Source: a virus. Taken from it: a stretch of DNA of 64,000 nt. Numbering within the stretch: position 1 is the stretch's first letter; every line of letters starts with the position of its first letter. Under the pieces are notes generated by a model. It saw nothing but the letters and a program-made list of their open reading frames with translations. It did not search any database and had not been told where the DNA came from. The DNA lies in the IMG/VR virus record IMGVR_UViG_3300025881_000008, positions 32,001 to 96,000 of that record; one strand, written 5' to 3'. Shown piece after piece: positions 7,725-15,987 of this stretch. Made by a program: the position numbers and the translations under genes.

Positions 7725-9128
7725 TTACAGTTTAAATTTTTTTTCAATTTCGTGTGCCTTCTCATAATATGAGTATGAGGTCTTTTTATAGTCTTTACGT
7801 TGAGCATATAAATCACTCAGAATTTTCTTAAGAATAGAGTCTTCTTTCTTAAAGACTACACCATTCTCACAAACGATTACCGACTCATCTTTTCGTCTTT
7901 CGTTAATATCTGCTTGTGGTATTTGTTCAACATAGGATTCGGGGGAAATATTAAATTGTCTCATAATAGATGGATATAGAGAGGCAAAGTCAAATGCACT
8001 TACTCCACTGTAGTATCCAACAATAGGTTGCTTTACAAATGCTCCTTCAAATTTACCATCTTTAAGAGAATCCGCTTTACCATACTCTACTCCAATTTTT
8101 TTATTTGTTTCAGCTAGCTTTCTGGCTAATAGTGATTCTGTAATTGCCACTGGTGATGAGGCTTTATAAAGAGGCATTCTAGTAATAGTGGCCAATGTTA
8201 ATAGAACTTCCATTGATCTTAATTGCTTGTCTATATAATAAACCAAACAGGAGTCAATTACGTTGTAGTAGACATATTTAGTAAAATCATTTTCATAAAG
8301 ATCTTGTAATGAACCTGTGTATTTAATTTTGGTAACATCTAAAACTGCACCTGACACAAAGTCTAATGAGTTAGATTCTTTTACCGCAACTGATCTGTCA
8401 TATTTGTCATATAATTGCATGTAATCTAAAATACCCATATGAAGAGGTCTACTATCATTTCTGTCAAGTGATCCAGTGATCGCCACATCAGTCAGGTCGA
8501 TCTGAAGTCTCTTGCAACGATTAACTATATACTGCCAGTCATAGTTGATAAAATTCCATCCAGTCATCATTGGGAACTTAGGTAAAAACTTATGCAAGAA
8601 TGTATATAACATATTGTACTCATTATCAAATTTATGATATGAGAATTCCCAATCTTGATCATAGTTCTTTAGGTGGGCATTAGTATCTTTCTCAATTTTA
8701 GCAATCTGCTCTGATGTTAAATCTTCAAGACCTAATACAATTGCTTTACGCTCAGGCGTGATGATCGAGAAGGTTAAGATACGTGACTTAGCCTCTTCTG
8801 GTTTTGGGAAACCATCAACGATTTCTGTTTCAATATCGACGAAATATGTTCGAGGCATATTGAATTCATAAATCTCTTCTTTATCTGCCGCTGGCAGGCT
8901 ATCCATAAAATAGAGTAGACTGAACTTATTAAATGACTTAGCGATACCTCTTTTTAGTGGGCGATTGTCCCAGTTTCTAAAAGTCTTATCCTTATATTTA
9001 TCTTTTTCTTCTGTAACTACCCAATTTTGGAATTGGTTTACAGTGTATCTTTTAAAGGAAACTTTACCCTCTTTGTCATAATAAGAGATGATAAGTTCCT
9101 TGTCAGTTTGTTCAATGTCTAATAGCAT
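7725..9128 (-). CDS. Family B DNA polymerase, N-terminal subunit (exonuclease and motif A; gp43A-like)
   Basis: ExoI DIET, ExoII GWNFINYD, ExoIII YNVID, motif A DFASLYPS; ends just after the RxxxKK fingers helix. Confidence 0.92.
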   Translation of the reverse strand: MLLDIEQTDKELIISYYDKEGKVSFKRYTVNQFQNWVVTEEKDKYKDKTFRNWDNRPLKRGIAKSFNKFSLLYFMDSLPAADKEEIYEFNMPRTYFVDIETEIVDGFPKPEEAKSRILTFSIITPERKAIVLGLEDLTSEQIAKIEKDTNAHLKNYDQDWEFSYHKFDNEYNMLYTFLHKFLPKFPMMTGWNFINYDWQYIVNRCKRLQIDLTDVAITGSLDRNDSRPLHMGILDYMQLYDKYDRSVAVKESNSLDFVSGAVLDVTKIKYTGSLQDLYENDFTKYVYYNVIDSCLVYYIDKQLRSMEVLLTLATITRMPLYKASSPVAITESLLARKLAETNKKIGVEYGKADSLKDGKFEGAFVKQPIVGYYSGVSAFDFASLYPSIMRQFNISPESYVEQIPQADINERRKDESVIVCENGVVFKKEDSILKKILSDLYAQRKDYKKTSYSYYEKAHEIEKKFKL

Positions 9129-9595
9129 TAGTAGCCTCTTTTTTGACGGTTCTTATTTTCTTCTGCTTTTGCGAAATAATAATTATATGCTGTCTTTGCA
9201 TCGAGGCCAATTGATGCCGCATAATTAATAAAGAAGTGCAATACATCAATCCACTCCATAAAAAGTTCTTTACGATCATCTTCTGATAGATCAGAAACTT
9301 TTATTGTCTCGTACTTTTTAAAGTCTGCTTTCCAGTATTTCCAAACTGCGTTCCCTGAGCCATCTTTAATGCCTCCTAATGCGTCTGTCATTTCGTGTAG
9401 TTCATCTATCACTGCATGTGTGTTAACATGCCAGAAGTCCATTACCTCGCGAATAGACATGTTCTCAAACTTAATGCCATAAGTTTTTTCTTGCATCTCT
9501 TTTTGATGAGACATAATGTCTTCTAAGTGTGTCGTTGAATCATTGTAAAAATCTTTTACTTCAAGATCTTTGCATTCGTTATCTATATTTGCCAT
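9128..9595 (-). CDS. Dimeric dUTPase/dCTPase (all-alpha NTP pyrophosphatase, gp56-like)
   Basis: DELHE...WKYWK...EWIDVLHFF...K-x-x-EN-x-x-RQ-x-x-GY. Confidence 0.85.
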   Translation of the reverse strand: MANIDNECKDLEVKDFYNDSTTHLEDIMSHQKEMQEKTYGIKFENMSIREVMDFWHVNTHAVIDELHEMTDALGGIKDGSGNAVWKYWKADFKKYETIKVSDLSEDDRKELFMEWIDVLHFFINYAASIGLDAKTAYNYYFAKAEENKNRQKRGY

Positions 9596-9613
9596 ATGTA
9601 ATTTGTTATATTA

Positions 9614-9641
9614 TTAGTATGCTAATTTGTGAGATAGTTTC
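9614..9641 (-). promoter_or_regulatory. Phage promoter GAAAC-N17-TACTAA
   Basis: Variant of the recurring motif, upstream of dUTPase and PolB-N. Confidence 0.55.
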
Positions 9642-9645
9642 ATTG

Positions 9646-10542
9646 TTATTTGTCCATTTCTAAAACTTCTCCCCATTCTCTTTGAGAATTAGTTTTTTCT
9701 TTAGTTTCTTCTGATTCTGGATAGGGTTGTCCACCTACATTCCAAAACCATGCACCGGGCGTTCCGTGTTTTTTCATAAATTCCCAAGCTTTAGCATCAT
9801 AGTTCATTGCAGATGGAAATGGTGGTGCGTATTTAGGATTTACATCAGCGGCAAATGCCTTAGGATGTGACCAAACTTTTGCTTTACCTAATTCACCATC
9901 TTTAATATTCCTAGATACTGCTACTGCGTTAAATTGAGCATCTGGCCATGCAATCTGCAAAGAGCGCTGTAATACGCCTGTTGAAATAGCAGACCAAACC
10001 TCTTCGGGGTATCCATGTTTTTCTGCAATATCATACGCTACTTTAACAGCCGCTGCTGTTACTAATTCATGTTTTAAACCCAATGGTATAAAAGTTGCAT
10101 TGTTTGCTTCCGCCCATTCTTTTGCTATTTTATTTAAATTTGGCATGGCAGCAATTCTTCTGAACTTAGGTATTGCACCCCTCTCAATACAAATAGCTTG
10201 ATGATCTGAAATTACTTTACCTGAAGGCATAAATAAAACCAGTTTCTTGTTATACTTATTTGCCAAATAAGCAAGAGAAATTCCCGCAAATCCAAATCTG
10301 GGCTGTACATAAACTAATGTATCTGTTGGTGCTTTTTGAACTAAAATATCTCCGAATCTACATTTGGATCCAAACCCCATCATATCATCTCTGACTACAT
10401 TGAAACCATCGTGATTCATTATAATAGGATCTTCTAGTGGATCTTTCCAGTCACCAGCTAAATCTAACCATGCTTGTCTATTTGGCATCATTAGATTTAA
10501 GTCTTGGTTCATTTTACTTGTTGTGTGAGTATCATGTGCCAT
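9646..10542 (-). CDS. Fold-type II PLP-dependent enzyme (ACC deaminase/cysteine desulfhydrase-like; phage base-modification type)
   Basis: VVRDD...GSKCR (PLP lysine), STGVL phosphate loop, YDAKAW, FWNVG. Confidence 0.82.
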   Translation of the reverse strand: MAHDTHTTSKMNQDLNLMMPNRQAWLDLAGDWKDPLEDPIIMNHDGFNVVRDDMMGFGSKCRFGDILVQKAPTDTLVYVQPRFGFAGISLAYLANKYNKKLVLFMPSGKVISDHQAICIERGAIPKFRRIAAMPNLNKIAKEWAEANNATFIPLGLKHELVTAAAVKVAYDIAEKHGYPEEVWSAISTGVLQRSLQIAWPDAQFNAVAVSRNIKDGELGKAKVWSHPKAFAADVNPKYAPPFPSAMNYDAKAWEFMKKHGTPGAWFWNVGGQPYPESEETKEKTNSQREWGEVLEMDK

Positions 10543-10543
10543 A

Positions 10544-11215
10544 TTAAAAGTTTGTTTTAGGTCCTAAATATTCTGGACTAGTCATATATTTGTTATGGTA
10601 TTCCATTACTTTGTTTCTAGCTTCATCTGCACTATCGACAATTCTAAATAGATCAAAATCCTTTTCACTCATTCTACCTGAACCCAATAATTGATCCTTC
10701 ATCCAATCAATTAAACCGCCCCAGTACTTTTTACCGACTAGGACTATTGGATATGTTATATTATGGCCGGTCTGTGCAAGGGTTATGGCTTCGAACATTT
10801 CATCTAATGTACCCACTCCACCTGGAAAAATAACAAAGGCTTGTGAATATTTAAGAAACATTACTTTACGAGTAAAGAAATATCTACATTCTACTCCGAG
10901 GTCAACATATTTGTTCATGCCAGATTCAAATGGTAATTCAATTCCAATTCCAATAGATTTTCCACCTACTTCTTTAGCGCCGTGGTTTGCGGCTTGCATA
11001 ATACCAGGTCCACCTCCAGTAATCACTCCAAACCCTTCACAGGCTATTAGCTTACCGAATAGTTTCGCCTCTTCATACCATTTAGTTCCTGTCATTGTTC
11101 TAGCACTTCCAAAAACGGAAATACAGGGTCCTAATTCACTGAATGTATCAAATCCTTTGGTAAATTCACCCTGGATTCGCATGATCTGCCATGCGTCTTC
11201 TGCTTTATTTCTCAT
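10544..11215 (-). CDS. LOG (Lonely Guy) family nucleotide phosphoribohydrolase
   Basis: SVFGSAR, TGGGPGIM, FFTRK, PGGVGTLDE. Confidence 0.92.
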   Translation of the reverse strand: MRNKAEDAWQIMRIQGEFTKGFDTFSELGPCISVFGSARTMTGTKWYEEAKLFGKLIACEGFGVITGGGPGIMQAANHGAKEVGGKSIGIGIELPFESGMNKYVDLGVECRYFFTRKVMFLKYSQAFVIFPGGVGTLDEMFEAITLAQTGHNITYPIVLVGKKYWGGLIDWMKDQLLGSGRMSEKDFDLFRIVDSADEARNKVMEYHNKYMTSPEYLGPKTNF

Positions 11216-12420
11216 ATATTAGCTACCATTTTTTTATATTCTTCTACTGAAACATTAGCAGATTGTAGTATTTTATCATCTGACGGGAATGAAGTCATGC
11301 CATTAAATGTTTCAACTAGACCTAAGTCTAACATTGCTTTTTGTCTACCATACGGATGGTCTTTGATAGAAGACGAGTTCCATAAAGTATCCATGTTAAT
11401 ATGTGCATAATCAGCACCAGGTCTTAGATAGTTTTCAATCCATCTAATAAAGTCGCATGCAACATCTTCTGCATTATATGGCAATGAACCAGTGTCTTCG
11501 TATATTTTAGTCATTACTGCATCTAGAAACGGTTCACTTCTTTTACCTTTGTAATCGACCGGATCTGCTAAATAACCAATACATTCTACTGCATTTGTGC
11601 CGTAATAGAACATTGATTCTCTGTTGATATATTCTGGGTACCAGTCAGCCACGTCTGCAATAACAGCTGCGTATTGGAATTTATATTGTCTCAGTCCGTT
11701 TGCAACATTCCAATCAAACATCCATTGACCAAGTTGTCTTAAGTCTTTTTTACCACCATCTCTCAAATAACCTGCCATGTCTCTAGCCAATCTTGGTGCA
11801 AATTCACACAAGAAATAATCCCCGCCTCGTTTATAGACATATTCTGGTTCTTTAAATGATGACATACCAACAAAACTATCCTCATTTTGAGTTGGTTGTG
11901 GAGGTTTAGGAAATGCTGGAAATTGATAACCAACTGAAGTGTAGAATGGCGTTGGGTGGTATTTTACCTTTTCACACATTTCTTCAATTGTATCGCAATC
12001 GTGTAGATCAAATAGGATTGTATTATGATAACCAGATGGTTTGGTAGCGTAGTTAATTGCTGAGCCACAAACTCGATGGAGAATAAAAACATACAACCAT
12101 TCTTCTAGGCCAAAAATATCTTGTCGACTAGTCCAATTTTTTGCAACCTCTTCTCTTTGGGGGTAAATTTTACCAGCTTGCATATGTTGCCAATACGGAT
12201 GTTTATCTGTCCATCCATAAAAACAATCATTTATAATTTGACTAAAACCAGCATACTTTCGTTCCACAACATCATACAGTTGTATATGTTCCATTAAAGG
12301 ATCATTCATACCACTTTCATCATGTGGCACCATGCCTAAATTACTAAGCTCTTGTTGTTTTAATGCTAAATTAAAATACCTAATAAATTCGTCATAATAT
12401 TGGGTTGTCTTAATTTTCAT
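11212..12420 (-). CDS. Amino acid:DNA transferase (aGPT-Pplase)-like protein, HhH glycosylase fold
   Basis: FQYAAVIAD, YGTNA and terminal EDVACDF resemble the aGPT-Pplase core; PLP enzyme neighbour. ATG 12420 preferred to the track's TTG 12429. Confidence 0.6.
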   Translation of the reverse strand: MKIKTTQYYDEFIRYFNLALKQQELSNLGMVPHDESGMNDPLMEHIQLYDVVERKYAGFSQIINDCFYGWTDKHPYWQHMQAGKIYPQREEVAKNWTSRQDIFGLEEWLYVFILHRVCGSAINYATKPSGYHNTILFDLHDCDTIEEMCEKVKYHPTPFYTSVGYQFPAFPKPPQPTQNEDSFVGMSSFKEPEYVYKRGGDYFLCEFAPRLARDMAGYLRDGGKKDLRQLGQWMFDWNVANGLRQYKFQYAAVIADVADWYPEYINRESMFYYGTNAVECIGYLADPVDYKGKRSEPFLDAVMTKIYEDTGSLPYNAEDVACDFIRWIENYLRPGADYAHINMDTLWNSSSIKDHPYGRQKAMLDLGLVETFNGMTSFPSDDKILQSANVSVEEYKKMVANI

Positions 12421-12574
12421 TTTGCTCAATTATTTTCCATGCAAATGGATCTCTATTTCTAGCATATTCATCCATTGACCATTCTATATCACCAGTGGTA
12501 ATTTCTATACTATATGATGCATCCGTAGCATGATATGGTGTTATCTCTATCTTGTATAATTTAGTGTATTTCAT
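12410..12574 (-). CDS. 54-aa hypothetical protein
   Basis: Manual translation MKYTKLYKIEITPYHATDASYSIEITTGDIEWSMDEYARNRDPFAWKIIEQNEN*; tightly coupled to both neighbours. Confidence 0.65.
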   Translation of the reverse strand: MKYTKLYKIEITPYHATDASYSIEITTGDIEWSMDEYARNRDPFAWKIIEQNEN

Positions 12575-12575
12575 T

Positions 12576-13646
12576 TTAAAATAATGCTGTTTGTATTTGT
12601 ACTACTTTTAGTTTTTTATTTGGTTCATTATTAACAAGATCCCATCGATAAAATTCTCTAGCGATGTGAACTGATTTAGGTTTTTCCATTACATCAAAAC
12701 TTAACTCACCAATCGGATTTTTATATGCACCTGAGTGTTTCCATGTACTCCATCCATTGCGAGTACACATATCAACAATCATTTCATTCATAAGTTTCAC
12801 AAGATCAGTTCTCTCTTGCCAAGAACCAGCAAATGGGGTGTCTTTATAATAACCAGTCTTTGGTAATTGCCTAGACTCATTCTCAATTGGCAATGCTTGT
12901 ATAACTTCAATGGTTTTAATACCCGATTGTTGAAGTGTTTGTTCATATTGCACCATCATCTTAGTCAGTGCTGATACGGGATCATCCTGTCGCATTAAAT
13001 GATGTCTTATGTCGATATTACCAAGATATATCCTAAGCTCATTAGTCCATGGGTATACATAATCTAATAGACCTCTCTTTAGAGTTCCAAATAGAGTTAA
13101 ACCATCATTACGATTGACCATAAAACCTGGCGTATATTGACTAAAACTATGTGAGTCTCCAAAGCAAAGCTTATCGGTCTTTTCAATATGGTCTACTCTT
13201 TGGATTCCAGAGCAAATCTCTCTAGCCTCTTCAATTCTAGTCTCAAGTGTTTTAAATAGTTCCGAGCCAGTCTTTAATCTCTTCTCAATTAATTCTGCAA
13301 TTGAAGGCATATCATGATGTAGTGAATACATCCTAGGACCTTTAGTAAAAAGTCTATTAATCTGGTGGAATAACTCGTCGTTAGCCCCGCCGAATATATT
13401 GAACGCACCTTTATATTCCATACCATGCTCAAGAAGGACTACATCAAATTCCGACCAGTCCGTAGTCCAATCTGTAATTACAGTAGCATTCTTATAACCA
13501 GCATTTACCAATTGGTTACACAGCATAAAAGCCCAACCAGACTTATGTGAGCTTGGCTTAGGGCTTAATTTACCAACAAGTGCAGATATTGCTATCTTAA
13601 TTGACTTGTCAGATTCATAATCTGTAAAGTATTTAAAGTTCTGCAT
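12576..13646 (-). CDS. T4 beta-glucosyltransferase-like N-terminal domain fused to an SGNH hydrolase/acyltransferase domain
   Basis: N-half KIAI...FDVVLL...FNIFGG...YSLHHDMP parallels T4 BGT; C-half has FGDSHS, LGNID and a terminal catalytic-type H (KSVH). Likely start is ATG 13646. Confidence 0.6.
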   Translation of the reverse strand: MQNFKYFTDYESDKSIKIAISALVGKLSPKPSSHKSGWAFMLCNQLVNAGYKNATVITDWTTDWSEFDVVLLEHGMEYKGAFNIFGGANDELFHQINRLFTKGPRMYSLHHDMPSIAELIEKRLKTGSELFKTLETRIEEAREICSGIQRVDHIEKTDKLCFGDSHSFSQYTPGFMVNRNDGLTLFGTLKRGLLDYVYPWTNELRIYLGNIDIRHHLMRQDDPVSALTKMMVQYEQTLQQSGIKTIEVIQALPIENESRQLPKTGYYKDTPFAGSWQERTDLVKLMNEMIVDMCTRNGWSTWKHSGAYKNPIGELSFDVMEKPKSVHIAREFYRWDLVNNEPNKKLKVVQIQTALF

Positions 13647-13944
13647 CTTCTGTACCCATTGGTTTTTCAGTTTCACCATAACCATACTTCTTAATATAGT
13701 TATCTAAGCCACCGATATACGCCACTGCGTCAAGTAGATTGTCTTCTTTATAATTATATGAATGTCTACTTAGTTTTAATGCAACAAGTGCTGCGTACAT
13801 GTCCGCTCCGGTGAATTCTTTACCAGTCATTCCGCCACAAATCATTGCAGCTCGGCGCATGCCTTCTTCAAAAGGACCATACATGCGTTCTTTCTCTTCT
13901 GAACGATGATTAATAATTTTGTCTGCTTCGTTTAAAATATTCAT
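13633..13944 (-). CDS. DUF6378-like phage nucleotide-metabolism protein
   Basis: ILxEAxxII...R...YG...LKLSR...DNLLDAVAY. Confidence 0.75.
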   Translation of the reverse strand: MNILNEADKIINHRSEEKERMYGPFEEGMRRAAMICGGMTGKEFTGADMYAALVALKLSRHSYNYKEDNLLDAVAYIGGLDNYIKKYGYGETEKPMGTEDAEL

Positions 13945-13960
13945 GTGTAATTGGTTTATT

Positions 13961-13988
13961 GTTATATGGTATATTTTTGATTTGTTTA
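13961..13988 (-). promoter_or_regulatory. Phage promoter TAAAC-N17-TATAAC heading the modification operon
   Basis: One mismatch to the recurring GAAAC-N17-TATAA motif. Confidence 0.6.
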
Positions 13989-14010
13989 GTTTTATTTAAG
14001 TTCTAAATTA

Positions 14011-14172
14011 TTAATCATTGTCTTTATTAGTGTTTATGTCTTTTTTCCAAGACTTGTCCTTTCTATTATATTTAGATTCGTCGCCATGGTCCTTTTGAAT
14101 CATTTTACGACGTATCATGGCAGCGAGATGCCTCTCGTTATATCCATCAATATCTTTTTTCTTCTTTGCCAT
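14011..14172 (-). CDS. 53-aa basic protein, weakly ArfA-like
   Basis: Manual translation MAKKKKDIDGYNERHLAAMIRRKMIQKDHGDESKYNRKDKSWKKDINTNKDND*. Confidence 0.65.
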   Translation of the reverse strand: MAKKKKDIDGYNERHLAAMIRRKMIQKDHGDESKYNRKDKSWKKDINTNKDND

Positions 14173-14197
14173 CTCGGTCTATCTTTTAATTACAGTG

Positions 14198-14264
14198 TAA
14201 ATATAATAAAAAAAGGCCAAACAAAAAAATGTTTGGCCAATTATTTTCAAAAAGTTATTAACAA
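14198..14264 (-). promoter_or_regulatory. Bacteroidota-type (host sigma) promoter candidate with upstream TTGTTAATAAC box
   Basis: - strand TATATTTA at 14205-14198 (cf. TAnnTTTG) with TTTG upstream. Confidence 0.5.
14208..14238 (-). terminator. Intrinsic terminator ending the internal-protein block
   Basis: 9-bp stem GGCCAAACA/TGTTTGGCC followed by T7. Confidence 0.75.
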
Positions 14265-14272
14265 CCTTAGAT

Positions 14273-15451
14273 CTAGTAAGATAATCTATCTTCTATCTGT
14301 TTTCTTTTAGTTTTTAAAGCATCAATGCGATCTTCGATTGCATTTAGTTCACCGCCATATCTGTTAGCATCTTCATCAGACCATTCAGTACCCCTTTCGC
14401 CAGCCTCTGATTCCATATCTTTATACAATTGAGATCTTTCTGAAGTTAAATCTTTAAGTTCATTTGCAATATCCCAAAGTTGATCTTCTAATACATCCCT
14501 TTGTTTACCATAAACTCTTTTCTTTTTGTCCAGCGCTGCTTGAGCTTTTTTAGCTGCCATTGTTGATTTCATTGCTCTCATTGCCACTAGAACTGGATCA
14601 TTAATATCTGTTGCCTCTTCAATAATTTCATTTGATTCGTGTACCAGAGATCTTTGTACTTCAGCGATATATTTTTGGAGTGACTTACCATAATAGCTTT
14701 CTAGTCCCTCAACTGCAGTTTTAGCACTGTTATTATAAATCTCATCAGCCGCCTTTCTACCCATTTTTGAATTAAGTACACCTAATGCCCCTGTTTCGGT
14801 TAGTTTATACTTTTTTTGAAGATCTTTTACGCCTTGATCAAAAAGAGTCTTAGCTTTCTTTTCATTAAAGCTAGTTTCTATTTGACCATAAAAACCATAT
14901 GACATATTAATATCATCTTGTGAGTATGCCTCGAACGTTTTGATATATTTCATTTTTTTTCTTTTCTTTTTATATTCTTCTTCGGCATCACCAGAACCTG
15001 CTGGAACATCACCTGATCCAACTGTACCATTACCTGGTAAAACTACTGGACCCATACCCGTTAAATTAGCAGGGGTTATGTTTTCGTCTACTGTAATTCC
15101 TCTCTTCTTTAAGATCTTTTCAATTTCTTGATAAGCTTTCTTATAATCGGATTTAGTATAGTGCATTCCTTTAGCATAATTAGCATAACCGTCTAATGCT
15201 CCGTTATACATTCCTAGTAATTCTTCATCTGACATACTATCATTAAATACAAACGGTCCAATAAATGCTTCATCTACCGTCTCTGGTAAACCAGTATGCT
15301 TTGTACTTGCAAAATCTTTCAACTGCTTAAGAGTCATATTATCTGCTAATTCTTTTATTTCAGCACTAACTTCATCAGATTTTAACTCACCCTTTTTATA
15401 AGCGTACGCTTGTCCCATTAATCTTTGTTGTGATTTACTTGTACTTGGCAT
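14273..15451 (-). CDS. Multi-domain putative internal head (poly)protein with N-terminal DUF3008-like domain
   Basis: MPSTSKSQQRLMG...LKDFASTKHTGLP; internal MKYIKTFE motif; domain ends at VDE/IEE. Confidence 0.6.
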   Translation of the reverse strand: MPSTSKSQQRLMGQAYAYKKGELKSDEVSAEIKELADNMTLKQLKDFASTKHTGLPETVDEAFIGPFVFNDSMSDEELLGMYNGALDGYANYAKGMHYTKSDYKKAYQEIEKILKKRGITVDENITPANLTGMGPVVLPGNGTVGSGDVPAGSGDAEEEYKKKRKKMKYIKTFEAYSQDDINMSYGFYGQIETSFNEKKAKTLFDQGVKDLQKKYKLTETGALGVLNSKMGRKAADEIYNNSAKTAVEGLESYYGKSLQKYIAEVQRSLVHESNEIIEEATDINDPVLVAMRAMKSTMAAKKAQAALDKKKRVYGKQRDVLEDQLWDIANELKDLTSERSQLYKDMESEAGERGTEWSDEDANRYGGELNAIEDRIDALKTKRKQIEDRLSY

Positions 15452-15508
15452 AATTACTTCCTAGCGTATTGTTTTAATAGTATGTTTCATAATTGTATTG
15501 TTTTTTTA

Positions 15509-15919
15509 TTAATAGTTTTTTGCCAGTTTTTTCCAGTTAGACAATGTTTCTAATCCTAATAATATTTCTTCCATTCTTCCCAATGCATCATTGAAGTACG
15601 CATAACGCCTCTTTCCATCTACACCATCATGATTATTAATGACGTAGTATGATATGCTGCGCCCGTTTTTATTCAAGTAATCTAATGCGTGGTGATCTTC
15701 ATATCCAAATTTCTTTGTTAGAACATCGAATGTTTCTATGAATAAGAGCTTCATGTCAGGGACCTTCATATCGTTATATTTATAGTGTTTAAATGTACCA
15801 ATAAAAGATGATACTAATTTTTGTTCTACGTCTTTCCAGTCAAACTGTTCTTCTGATCCAAATCTCTTAGGAATACTTTGTTCGTTTAAAAATTGTTCAA
15901 ATAATTGTATGTGTTTCAT
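15509..15919 (-). CDS. Putative internal head protein
   Basis: Likely start ATG 15919: MKHIQLFEQFLNE (capsid-targeting-like). Confidence 0.65.
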   Translation of the reverse strand: MKHIQLFEQFLNEQSIPKRFGSEEQFDWKDVEQKLVSSFIGTFKHYKYNDMKVPDMKLLFIETFDVLTKKFGYEDHHALDYLNKNGRSISYYVINNHDGVDGKRRYAYFNDALGRMEEILLGLETLSNWKKLAKNY

Positions 15920-15987
15920 AGTTTTAATTCTATAATTAAGCAGAGTACCATGGTTTAATCCAATACTCAAAGAATACTCTTTTGAAT

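Noticed and set aside
4041-7725. Split intein or intron joining the polymerase halves
   Set aside because: No Cys-initiated intein-N after the N-half, no His-Asn-Cys/Ser/Thr in the start of the C-half, and the intervening DNA is ordinary genes.
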